Assembly: GCA_963662465.1 (NCBI GenBank)
Contig: OY759599.1
Location: 5,216,001-5,280,000, forward strand
Source of the DNA: Desulfatiglandales bacterium
GTDB lineage: Bacteria > Desulfobacterota > DSM-4660 > Desulfatiglandales > Desulfatiglandaceae
Length of the DNA stretch: 64,000 nucleotides
Direction of reading: 5' to 3'
Under the pieces are notes generated by a model, which saw only the letters and a program-made list of their open reading frames with translations, was not told where the DNA came from and did no database searches. The translations under genes were made by a program, and so were the position numbers. The stretch's first letter is position 1; each line of letters starts with the position of its first letter. Below are positions 16,842-25,946 of this stretch, piece by piece.

Positions 16842-19106
16842 ATGAAAAAAAAAGTTTTCATCGTTTCATCCATCTGTTTACTGGTTTTTTCAGCCCTGGT
16901 ATTTGCCTCGGGCATTTACATCAACGCAAATATTGAAGACATCACCCACCAGCACCTGGGGGCCGGCATTCAATTCGAGAGTGTTGACTTCAGCTTTACG
17001 CCCATGCCGGCTGTTGCCTTTTCAAATCTGAAAATCGAGAAGGGGGAAAACACCATCAAGATCCCTTCACTTGTTTTGTATCCCGACCTGTTGGCCCTTA
17101 TAAAAGGGGATATCGTCATGAGAAAAGCGGTGGTGGAAGCGCCGCTGATTCTTTCGGAAAGAATTTCTAAGGCAGACAACGAAACAGAGCAGGCTTCCTC
17201 AAAATCACCACTCACCCCATTGCCTTTGACCACTGCTGCCATTCCCGTGGGCATGATCAACGAAATCATGGTTCATGGCGGAAGACTGGTGTTGAATTCC
17301 AAAAACGCGAACATGTCGCCCGTCAACTTCGCCGTTGCCGTGAACAACATTGAAAAAAAAGAGAAGACCATATCGGTGCAGGTAAAGGATTTCACCATAG
17401 ACGAAATAGGCCTTAAATTTGCGGGCGATGTGGCCATCACTTCCTTTTCCCCTCTGGGTCTGAAAATTAACGCTTCAAAGGCGGCACTCAATCCCGCGGC
17501 ACTCAAAAATTTCCTTGTTGAATTCGAGTTTTTGAAAACTTCCGTGGGCGAACAAATCCCCAAAATAGAACAGGTAAGCGCCGCCGGCCTGCAACTGAAC
17601 ATCGATCCGGTCACGGGAAAAATGGATCTTCTTTCCGAATCCCTCAGCTTTGGTCAAAACCAGCTTCAAAATGTTGTGGTCAATCTTTCCAAAGAAGGTG
17701 GATATGATCTTAAATGCGACAAAATTATTATGGATGTCGGCACGGTCCAGGGATGGCTGGCTGAAAACCCCAAAGGAAAAGAAACCCTCGATCAATTATT
17801 TGTCAAAGCAAAGCTTAAGGACCTGCGCGCTACCGGGCGTATTGAACTGTCCTCCATCAACCTGAAGGGTGGCGGTGGAGAAGGGAGCCGGATCAATGGC
17901 GCCATGGATCTTAAAACCGAAGGACTCGAGATCCATCTGGTTGCGGAGAACGGCAAGGAACAGAACTTCACCATCAGCCATCTTGAGACACGGGTGACCA
18001 TTGAAGAAGGGGAACCTTCACTTCAGATCAGCAACCTTCGGCTGGCCTCCTCCCGGGGAGGAACAGGCATCCTGAAAGGCATGCTGGAAATTCCGGTGAA
18101 GTTGAAAAAAGCGCAGTTTGAAGCAACGCTCAATTCATTCCAGATTTTTGATACGGAAGTAAACTTGAGAGCAGTCAAAGAACTGGGAAAAAAGCTGACC
18201 TTTGATATGGATGTCAGTGGTCCTGCGTTAACACTTCTGGCCAAAGGGCAACTTCAGACACCTGGAAGCGAAAAAGCGGATTTCTGGATCCGCATGACGG
18301 AATGCCGAATATCCAGAGGCTCTACGGGAGAAAAAGCCACTACTCAGGCGCAAAGCGAATCAACCGGCGAAACAGCTAAGGGGCTTGTCCCTAGGGCCAA
18401 TCAAGATTTTGACTTCAAAGCCATAAAAGGCAGGACCCTGTCCGGGGAGGCTTTCGTTAAAATATTTCAATATAACGACATGCCTCAGCTAAATGACGTT
18501 CACCTCACACTGAACTGCGAAAACAACCGGGCGGTTGTGAAAGGCGCCATGGGGATCTGCCAGATGAATCTTTTTGTAAACGCCGTTTTTATGGCGCCTG
18601 GGCAGATTGTAGCTCAAATTGAAGGCAAAGGGGCCAATATAAACCTGACCTCCCTTATGGCCTGCTTTTCTCGAGAACTTCCCCTGTTTCTTTCCGGAAG
18701 GGTTTCCGTCATGACATCCCTTTTTATTCAGGGAGAGAACACCGGAACCCTTCTGGATTCGGCGCGGGGCGACCTGATGGTCACCCTGCGGGAATGCGTC
18801 GTACGCAAGGTTTCCAACCTGGATTACCGACTCGATTTTCTGGTGGACATGTTGAATGTAGCGGGAATCACATCCTTGAAAGAGGACGCCATCAATTTCC
18901 GGAAAGGGCTGATAACTGCTGATATCAGAAACGGACGGATTATTCTGGATCGTTTCTCCCTGACCGGCCCCCTTTTGAGCGCTTGGGGAACTGGAGAGAT
19001 CCTGTTAAAAAAGAAACATCTGAAACTGGCGGGCCAGGTTCAGACAACATTTGGCACCACCAATGATTTAAAGATCGACCGAGTTTTTCAGAAAAGGAAA
19101 ACGTGA
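16842..19106 (+). CDS. AsmA-family protein
   Basis: N-terminal TM, PDLLALIKGDIV..AVVEAP, beta-rich body, C-terminal IRNGRI...LTGP...WGTGEI.L. Confidence 0.7.
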   Translation: MKKKVFIVSSICLLVFSALVFASGIYINANIEDITHQHLGAGIQFESVDFSFTPMPAVAFSNLKIEKGENTIKIPSLVLYPDLLALIKGDIVMRKAVVEAPLILSERISKADNETEQASSKSPLTPLPLTTAAIPVGMINEIMVHGGRLVLNSKNANMSPVNFAVAVNNIEKKEKTISVQVKDFTIDEIGLKFAGDVAITSFSPLGLKINASKAALNPAALKNFLVEFEFLKTSVGEQIPKIEQVSAAGLQLNIDPVTGKMDLLSESLSFGQNQLQNVVVNLSKEGGYDLKCDKIIMDVGTVQGWLAENPKGKETLDQLFVKAKLKDLRATGRIELSSINLKGGGGEGSRINGAMDLKTEGLEIHLVAENGKEQNFTISHLETRVTIEEGEPSLQISNLRLASSRGGTGILKGMLEIPVKLKKAQFEATLNSFQIFDTEVNLRAVKELGKKLTFDMDVSGPALTLLAKGQLQTPGSEKADFWIRMTECRISRGSTGEKATTQAQSESTGETAKGLVPRANQDFDFKAIKGRTLSGEAFVKIFQYNDMPQLNDVHLTLNCENNRAVVKGAMGICQMNLFVNAVFMAPGQIVAQIEGKGANINLTSLMACFSRELPLFLSGRVSVMTSLFIQGENTGTLLDSARGDLMVTLRECVVRKVSNLDYRLDFLVDMLNVAGITSLKEDAINFRKGLITADIRNGRIILDRFSLTGPLLSAWGTGEILLKKKHLKLAGQVQTTFGTTNDLKIDRVFQKRKT

Positions 19107-21874
19107 TGAGACATACTCAATTTAGAACCGGCTCCACACCCTTTTTCCCTCTCTTCCTCATATTGACGACGCTCTTCCTTACCACTTGTGGCGGAGCCAA
19201 AAAACCCCAGGAAATATCCTACGTTCCGGAAAAAGATATCCCAAGAACCATCGCGGTCATGCCGGCCAAATTTCTGCCTGGAAAAAAAGACGATACGGGT
19301 TTTGAGATTAAGCCCGGAAGCGAGGACGAGGCTTTTGTTGACCAGCTGGTCAGAGGTGTTATCAATAACCAGTTGATTGGTAAAGGTTATGACGCCATTC
19401 CTTTAAATCGGGTCGACCGGAAACTGGCCGCTTCCCCTGAAGGCAAGGACTGGCAAAAGACTTCTCCCAAGGTACTCTGTAACCTTCTGGGCGCCCACGG
19501 TCTGATTTTTCCTGAAATTATTACAGCCACCATGCTCAAGACCGTGGCTTATGACGAATATTCCCTGGAAGTTCGCATCACGCTGTTCAACAACAAAGGC
19601 GAGAATTTAGGGGCATGGACCGAATCCGCATCCAAAAGGAAAATTGCCATTCCCATCAGCGCCATCGGCGCCCTAGCCACCGTCGCGGTGGCCGCCATGG
19701 ATGAACCGGCCAAGAAACACATGAGACTCGTCATATACGACTGGGGCTGGAAGATTTCCCAGCTCATGCCCGACAGTCCCCATGGCAAAGATCTTCCGGA
19801 GATTCTCTTTGTGGGTACCAATGTAGACAAAGGCGTTTTCGGTGCGGAAGAACGTATTGAGGTGGAGGTCAACGCGGAAAAAGGCCTGACATGCTCCTTT
19901 GATCTGGGGGACTTCAAAAAGGGCATCCCCATGCATTATTCTGCCGGAGGGTCCTACAAGGGGGTTTATATGGTCCGAGAAGGCGAACAGGCTGCCTTTC
20001 TCCCCCTGACCCTTCATGTGGCAAAACCCAACGGCCTTGAACGGACATGGGCGGAAACGGGAACCGTGACCATTGATGCGGTTCCGCCGCCCTCACCGAC
20101 CGACCTGACAGCCCTTTCCGGAAAACAAGGCATTTCCCTTTCCTGGTCTTCGGGAAAAAGCGAAGATCTGAGCGAATTTCTGGTGGAACGGAGCGAAAAG
20201 GCGGTGGGTAATTTTGAACTACTGGGGAAAACGAAGGATTTAAAATACCTGGATGCACAAGTCACTCAGGGGAAATCCTATTACTACCGCATCCGTTCCG
20301 TAGACGAACTTGGAAATCGGTCATCCTCGACCCCGGTTCAAAACATCACCATGCCCTATTTTGATCCGGTGAAACTACAGCCTCTTTTCAAGGGGCCGCT
20401 GGTTCAAGGAACGTACCTGGTGGAAGAGACCTGTACCGTCCCGGAAGGAGAAATTGCCATGGTAGGGCCGGGGACACATTTTAATTTTTCGCCCGGCGCA
20501 AAACTGGTGGCCAAAGGCGCTCTCACCATCAGGGGCGACGCAAAAAACCGTGTGTTCCTGGAAGGAAGTGGATGGCGGGGGATTGAAATCCCGGCTGGTG
20601 GACGTGCGGAGATTTCCCACGTAGCCATTTCAGGCTGTTCCGAATGTCTCAAAGCTGAAGGAGGACTCCTGGAAGCGAAAGCCGTGTCCCTCAAGGGTTC
20701 GGAAGGAAACGGCATTATTGCGCGGGAAGGCAGCCCTTATGAATTGAGTGAACTGACCATTACCGGTTTCGAGCAAGGAATCATTATCGAGGGAGGCAAA
20801 GGACGCATCGAAAAAAGCACCATCACCAAAAACCACGTGGGGCTAGTCTTCCTTGGCGGGAACGCGGAAATTTTGAATAATAATGTTTTTAAAAATCGGG
20901 ATCTGGAAATCAATGCCGCTCAGAAACTGGTTCTGGATGGCAACTATCTGGGCGCCGATAACGTCAAAGATTTGAAATTGAAAGGTGATATCCTGGTTGC
21001 CAGCCTGCTGAACGCCCCTTATCCCAAAGGGACGAAAGTGGTTCTGGTGGACAAAAAAGACATCACCCCCGAGGTCATCGAGGCGCGTTTCCAGCATTAC
21101 AAATCCAAAGGCATTGAGGCATTCAAAAACAGGAAATTCGGCGATGCCTACCAGTCCCTGAAAAAAGGTCTGGCCCTGAAGGAGGACCGAGAAATCTACC
21201 TCTATCTAGCCTACACCCAGATGATTCTGGAAGATACAATGGCCTCGGAAAAAACGCTGGAAAAAGGAATTCATGCTTTTCCCTATGAAGTACGGCTCTA
21301 CCAGGTGTATGCTCGGCAGCTTGCGGCCAGGGGAGAAAAAGAAAGGGCCATAAAACTGGTGGATAAAGCCCTTCTAATGAACCCGGATGACCCCACCTTG
21401 AAATTGATCAACCGGGACTTGAAAAACACCCCGTCGCCTGAAAAGCCACCGATCAAAAAAACACCGCCGGCTCAAAAAGCCGCGATTTCAGGGGAAGACG
21501 AAAAAGAATTTGAATCCTTAAAATCCCGGGGCATTGATGCATTTAAGGAAGAAAAATACACGGCAGCGGAAGCACTTCTCTCCAGTTCACTTTCGAAAAA
21601 ACCGGACAGGGAAGCATACCTCTATCTGATTTATGCTCAGATGCGACTGGGCAAGAAAACAGCGTTGACAGCCACACTTCAGAAGAGTATCCACGACTTT
21701 CCCCAGGAAGTGCGGTTTTACCGCTTGTATGCCAAGCATCTGGCTGATGGAGGCCAAAGCGAAAACGCCCTTTTTCAGATCAAAGAAGGACTAAAAAAAC
21801 ACCCGGACGACCCTCAATTAAAGATGCTCAAGGATTATCTGGAAGGAACCTTAGAGGGGCAGGAGAAACAATGA
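19103..21874 (+). CDS. multidomain lipoprotein: GNA1162/DUF799-like + FN3 + beta-helix + TPRs
   Basis: Lipobox LTTC; PRTIAVMP...LCNLLGAHGL; FN3 (PPSPTDL...LSW...YYYRIRSVDELGN.S); right-handed beta-helix repeats; two TPR blocks. Confidence 0.7.
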   Translation: MMRHTQFRTGSTPFFPLFLILTTLFLTTCGGAKKPQEISYVPEKDIPRTIAVMPAKFLPGKKDDTGFEIKPGSEDEAFVDQLVRGVINNQLIGKGYDAIPLNRVDRKLAASPEGKDWQKTSPKVLCNLLGAHGLIFPEIITATMLKTVAYDEYSLEVRITLFNNKGENLGAWTESASKRKIAIPISAIGALATVAVAAMDEPAKKHMRLVIYDWGWKISQLMPDSPHGKDLPEILFVGTNVDKGVFGAEERIEVEVNAEKGLTCSFDLGDFKKGIPMHYSAGGSYKGVYMVREGEQAAFLPLTLHVAKPNGLERTWAETGTVTIDAVPPPSPTDLTALSGKQGISLSWSSGKSEDLSEFLVERSEKAVGNFELLGKTKDLKYLDAQVTQGKSYYYRIRSVDELGNRSSSTPVQNITMPYFDPVKLQPLFKGPLVQGTYLVEETCTVPEGEIAMVGPGTHFNFSPGAKLVAKGALTIRGDAKNRVFLEGSGWRGIEIPAGGRAEISHVAISGCSECLKAEGGLLEAKAVSLKGSEGNGIIAREGSPYELSELTITGFEQGIIIEGGKGRIEKSTITKNHVGLVFLGGNAEILNNNVFKNRDLEINAAQKLVLDGNYLGADNVKDLKLKGDILVASLLNAPYPKGTKVVLVDKKDITPEVIEARFQHYKSKGIEAFKNRKFGDAYQSLKKGLALKEDREIYLYLAYTQMILEDTMASEKTLEKGIHAFPYEVRLYQVYARQLAARGEKERAIKLVDKALLMNPDDPTLKLINRDLKNTPSPEKPPIKKTPPAQKAAISGEDEKEFESLKSRGIDAFKEEKYTAAEALLSSSLSKKPDREAYLYLIYAQMRLGKKTALTATLQKSIHDFPQEVRFYRLYAKHLADGGQSENALFQIKEGLKKHPDDPQLKMLKDYLEGTLEGQEKQ

Positions 21875-23622
21875 CCATCACAAGAAAATGGGCTTTTTTA
21901 TCCGCGACCCCTTATCTTTTAACAACGTGTGGTCTTTTGATAATCTGTTGCCTTTTTATGCTTTGTCCTTCAACCTGGGCAACGCCGCCTGATCCGACAC
22001 AAGAGCATGAAGCCCGTTACAACATCAATGAAGCGGCCTATCTGATCGAAGTGGGAAAATACATGGAGGCCCTCGAAAATTACCAGAGCGCCTTTGAATT
22101 ATCGACCCTTCCCAAAACCAGAATTGATGCCCTTCTCTCCAAGGCCACACTCTTGTCAGCGTTCCTGGATGCACCCGAAAAAGCGATTGAAGTCTACCAA
22201 AAAGTCTCACGGGAATACCCACAGGCAGCGGAAATAGGACGATACAGGGAAGGGCTCCTGCTTTTCCAGCTGGATCGACCTGACAAAGCAAAGCCCGTGC
22301 TTCAGAATTATCTGAAAGACTACCCAAAAGGAAAATTCCGCTTTCAATCCGAAGCATTGCTGGAGCAAATAGAAAAAGAACCCCCCAAACCCAAGCCAAA
22401 ACCTGAGCTTACACCGGAAACCAAGCCCAAGCCCAAGCCTGTGCCTGAACCAATACCGATACCCAAACCTGTGGCAATACCAACACCCACACCGACACCA
22501 CCCATTGAACTCCCACCGCCCCCTTCCGGGCTACCCATGCCAACGCCGCCGGTCAAGCCAACCCCCGAGAAACCTTCTCCCGCTCTCATACCCTCGCCAC
22601 AACTCCGAGTGCGCCTGTGTAAAACCACAGGGAGTGCGACCATCAGCGGAACAGAAGTCTGCGTCAAAGGGTTAGGCTGCCGGAACCGCTTCATAATCAA
22701 AAACTCCGGAGGCGCACTGACGGTCAATGGAAATCGGCGAACTGAAAGTGAAGTTCTCTTTGAAAGCCGGAATCCTCTTGAAATTAACTGTGGAAGCAAA
22801 AAGAAAAAAATTCGGGGTGATCTCCTGGCAAAACTGAAGGAGGGAAAACTATATATCATCAACCTGGTGGATATGGAACATTACCTGAAATCGGTTGTGC
22901 CTTCTGAATCCTATGCCTCATGGCCCCTGGAGACCCTTAAAGCCCAGGCCGTGGCAGCCAGAACCTATGCTTATTACCAATTGCTGCACCGAAAAACCTG
23001 GGCCTACGACCTGGTAGACGACGAAGGGGATCAAGCCTACAAAGGCATGAAGAGAGAAACCCGTAAGACCGATCAGGCTGTTCGAGAAACCGAAGGGCAA
23101 ATTCTCACTTATGGGAACAAACCGATTCTTTGCATGTACAGCGCCAACAGCGGCGGATACACCGCAGATGCAGGGTCGATTTTCGGCCTCGACAAACCCT
23201 ATCTGATCGCTCACCCGGACCCCGAGAGTCTCAAGGGAAAAATGGCGCGATGGAAAAAGACCTTTTCCGTTTCAGAGGTAGAAAGTGCCCTGAACCGAAG
23301 AGGCCTTAAAATAAAGGGGCTCAAAAGCATTGAACCGGCGGAAAAAGGGCCGTCTGGCCGCATCATCAAAATACGGATCATTTCCATCGGCAGCACCAAA
23401 ACCGTGCGCACCCGCACTACCCTGGGAAGAGCCCTCAAACTCCCTGAAATCCTGTTGGAAATTGCACGAAACAACGACGGGGACTTTGTCTTTGACGGCA
23501 AAGGCTGGGGTCATGGCGTGGGATACTCCCAATGGGGCGCCGCCATACTCGGCAAGAACGATAATTTCGATAACATCTTGGGTTTTTATTATCCCAATGC
23601 GTCACTTATCAAAAGATGGTGA
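21871..23622 (+). CDS. TPR + Pro-rich linker + SpoIID/LytB peptidoglycan-remodelling protein
   Basis: INLVDMEHYLKSVVPSE...ETLKAQAVAARTYA, DQAYKG, GWGHGVGYSQWGA, ILGFYYP. Confidence 0.9.
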   Translation: MTITRKWAFLSATPYLLTTCGLLIICCLFMLCPSTWATPPDPTQEHEARYNINEAAYLIEVGKYMEALENYQSAFELSTLPKTRIDALLSKATLLSAFLDAPEKAIEVYQKVSREYPQAAEIGRYREGLLLFQLDRPDKAKPVLQNYLKDYPKGKFRFQSEALLEQIEKEPPKPKPKPELTPETKPKPKPVPEPIPIPKPVAIPTPTPTPPIELPPPPSGLPMPTPPVKPTPEKPSPALIPSPQLRVRLCKTTGSATISGTEVCVKGLGCRNRFIIKNSGGALTVNGNRRTESEVLFESRNPLEINCGSKKKKIRGDLLAKLKEGKLYIINLVDMEHYLKSVVPSESYASWPLETLKAQAVAARTYAYYQLLHRKTWAYDLVDDEGDQAYKGMKRETRKTDQAVRETEGQILTYGNKPILCMYSANSGGYTADAGSIFGLDKPYLIAHPDPESLKGKMARWKKTFSVSEVESALNRRGLKIKGLKSIEPAEKGPSGRIIKIRIISIGSTKTVRTRTTLGRALKLPEILLEIARNNDGDFVFDGKGWGHGVGYSQWGAAILGKNDNFDNILGFYYPNASLIKRW

Positions 23623-23682
23623 TTTTAATCCTTTTACTATTTTAGGGCTTTCAAATTGGGCTTATGTTAAGATGTTTCAACC

Positions 23683-23982
23683 ATGACCAACGAATTAAAA
23701 AAAGCGAATACCCTCGCAGTTGCAGGATTTCTGGCGCCTTTTGTTGCTACGGGGATTGCCTGTGTTCTGCTCCTCATTGCAGGAGATGAATTCAAATCAT
23801 CCAGGATTTTCATCATTTACCAGATTTCCATCCCGCTTATCCTAATCATCGGCGTAATTCTGGGAATCAAATCAATTCCCCACATCAGTGAGCTGGGAGA
23901 CAAGGACTATGCCTATAGCGGTTTGTTCCTGAGCATATTTTTTTTAGCCGTTTTTTTACTATCTCTAATTTACCTCCATTAA
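23683..23982 (+). CDS. small 3-TM membrane protein
   Basis: 99 aa, three hydrophobic segments. Confidence 0.55.
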   Translation: MTNELKKANTLAVAGFLAPFVATGIACVLLLIAGDEFKSSRIFIIYQISIPLILIIGVILGIKSIPHISELGDKDYAYSGLFLSIFFLAVFLLSLIYLH

Positions 23983-24117
23983 TCATTCCACCATCAGTCC
24001 TGCTCAAAGCCAAACCCGGCATGGATATAGCAATAATGCAGTCTGAATTAACTACATATTGTGGTTGATTCTAAATCCCAAAAAGTCTGCAAATAGCTTA
24101 TATCCCCGTTTTTTTCC

Positions 24118-24189
24118 TTGACATGAAAATGGTTTTACCGGATAGTGTCACAGAGTGGTAAACATTGTCATAAAGTGGCACAAATGGCT
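24118..24189 (+). promoter_or_regulatory. dcw (mraZ) promoter with 10-bp-periodic MraZ-binding repeats
   Basis: TTGACA (24118), 17 bp, GATAGT; repeats AGTGTC/AGTGGT/ATTGTC/AGTGGC/ATGGCT at 24144, 24154, 24164, 24174 and 24184, matching the known GTGG direct-repeat MraZ boxes. Confidence 0.75.
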
Positions 24190-24193
24190 CATC

Positions 24194-24631
24194 ATGTTTC
24201 GTGGACGTTCAAAACACAACCTTGACGACAAGGGCCGTCTGGCCATCCCCACACGGTTTCGGGAATTTCTGGCCCAAAAAGGGGATCAATGCCTGGTGGT
24301 GACCCATAAAGACGGTTGCCTGTGGGCTTTTACAAGAGACGATTGGCGGGTTCTCGAAGAAAAAGCGGCCAATCTCCCCTTGTTTGACAGCGCGGGAATC
24401 GCTTTTCTCCGGTATTTTATTTCCGGCGCTGAAGAATGTATGGTCAAGAATGGCAGGATTACGATTCCCCTGAATTTGAGGGAAACTACCGGATTGGAAA
24501 AAGAGGTAATGGTCGTTGGTCAACTGAAACGGTTTGAAATTTGGGATAGGAAAAAATGGGAAAAGGAATTCGAAAGAGTGACGGAGATTTTTCCCGAAGC
24601 AAGCCAGGCCCTTCAAGAACTGCGGATTTAG
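24194..24631 (+). CDS. mraZ: transcriptional regulator MraZ
   Basis: MFRGRSKHNLDDKGRLAIP...GRITIP...FEIWD. Confidence 0.95.
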   Translation: MFRGRSKHNLDDKGRLAIPTRFREFLAQKGDQCLVVTHKDGCLWAFTRDDWRVLEEKAANLPLFDSAGIAFLRYFISGAEECMVKNGRITIPLNLRETTGLEKEVMVVGQLKRFEIWDRKKWEKEFERVTEIFPEASQALQELRI

Positions 24632-25581
24632 AAATTCAAAATTCGGATTACCCTCATGTGCCGGTTCTTGTTCAGGAAACCGTGCAATATCTCAACCTTA
24701 AATCGGAAGGTGTCTATGTTGATGGAACAGTTGGGTCGGGCGGTCACAGCCTTGAAATCTTATTTCAGCTACCTGAGAAAAGCCGCCTGATCTGTCTTGA
24801 CAGAGACCCTGACGCCGTAAGTATATCCAAAAGAAGATTAAGCGCGGACCATCGGGTACACCTCATTCGAGCTAATTTCGCCGATCTGAACACGGTAATG
24901 CAGGATTTGGACATCAGCAAAATTGATGGCATTCTACTTGATTTGGGTATGTCCTCTTACCAAATCGAAAAATCTGGAAGAGGATTCAGTTTCAGCAGAG
25001 AGGAGCCCCTCGACATGAGAATGAATCCGGACCATAAGCCAACCGGAGGCCACCTGATCAACACCCTCTCCGCACAATCCCTTCAAACCCTGTTGTGGGA
25101 ATATGGAGAAGAACGCAGGGCCAAAATTTTATCAAAGGCCGTTGTAAGAGCTCGTGAAAAAGAACCCATTGAGACAGCATCCCAGCTGGCGGAAATAATT
25201 GAAGCGGCTACTCCAAAATCTCATCGGCCCTGGAAACGGCATCCCGCGACAAAAACCTTCCAGGCGCTCAGAATAGCCGTTAACAATGAAATGGACAACC
25301 TCAAGATTTTTCTCGATAAAATTCCATCATTGATAGCAACGGGGGGAAGGCTGGTTGTCATTTCCTATCATTCCCTTGAGGACCGGCAGGTCAAAAAGGC
25401 AATGGTCGAATGGGAAAAGGCTTGCATCTGTCCTCCGGATTTTCCGATTTGCGCATGCAATAAGGTTCCTGTTTTTAAACGTCCGTTCAAAAAAGGCAAA
25501 AAACCCAGAGAAGAGGAAATCCAAAAAAACCCCAGGGCGCGCAGCGCTATCATGAGGGTTGCGGAAAGGATATCGCCATGA
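24556..25581 (+). CDS. rsmH: 16S rRNA m4C1402 methyltransferase (start uncertain)
   Basis: HVPVL, YVDGTVGSGGHS, DLGMSS.Q, LDMRM, HPATKTFQALRIAVN, SYHSLEDR, NPRARSA. Confidence 0.95.
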   Translation: MGKGIRKSDGDFSRSKPGPSRTADLEIQNSDYPHVPVLVQETVQYLNLKSEGVYVDGTVGSGGHSLEILFQLPEKSRLICLDRDPDAVSISKRRLSADHRVHLIRANFADLNTVMQDLDISKIDGILLDLGMSSYQIEKSGRGFSFSREEPLDMRMNPDHKPTGGHLINTLSAQSLQTLLWEYGEERRAKILSKAVVRAREKEPIETASQLAEIIEAATPKSHRPWKRHPATKTFQALRIAVNNEMDNLKIFLDKIPSLIATGGRLVVISYHSLEDRQVKKAMVEWEKACICPPDFPICACNKVPVFKRPFKKGKKPREEEIQKNPRARSAIMRVAERISP

Positions 25582-25946
25582 CCAGGCCGGATAGTTTGTC
25601 GAAAATGATGGGCTCTCGCAACACCGGAAACGGGGTTCGCATCGGAAATGTCCGATCAAAAGCCGCCAAATTTCATATCAACCGAAAGCAGGTTCTGATA
25701 ACCCTGTTGATGTTGATTTGTTTTATGGGAACCGGCATCGGTTACGTTTGGTCAAATTTTGAAAGAACCCAGATCGGCTACGATCTCAGCCAGTTGAAGC
25801 GAGAAGAAATGAGGCTCCAGGAAATCAACCAAAAACTTAAACTGGAATTGGCCACCCTGAAATCGCCACAAAACCTGGAATGTCTTGCGATTCAGAAGCT
25901 GGGGCTCAGTCCTCCGACGCCTGAGCAGATCATTTTGTTGCCATGA
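25578..25946 (+). CDS. ftsL: cell division protein FtsL
   Basis: TM + leucine-zipper coiled coil, between rsmH and ftsI. Confidence 0.85.
   Translation: MTRPDSLSKMMGSRNTGNGVRIGNVRSKAAKFHINRKQVLITLLMLICFMGTGIGYVWSNFERTQIGYDLSQLKREEMRLQEINQKLKLELATLKSPQNLECLAIQKLGLSPPTPEQIILLP

Noticed and set aside
22378..22600. Low-complexity C/A-rich DNA as a repeat array or CRISPR
   Set aside because: Explained by the Pro-rich protein linker; no repeat-spacer structure or cas genes anywhere in the window.
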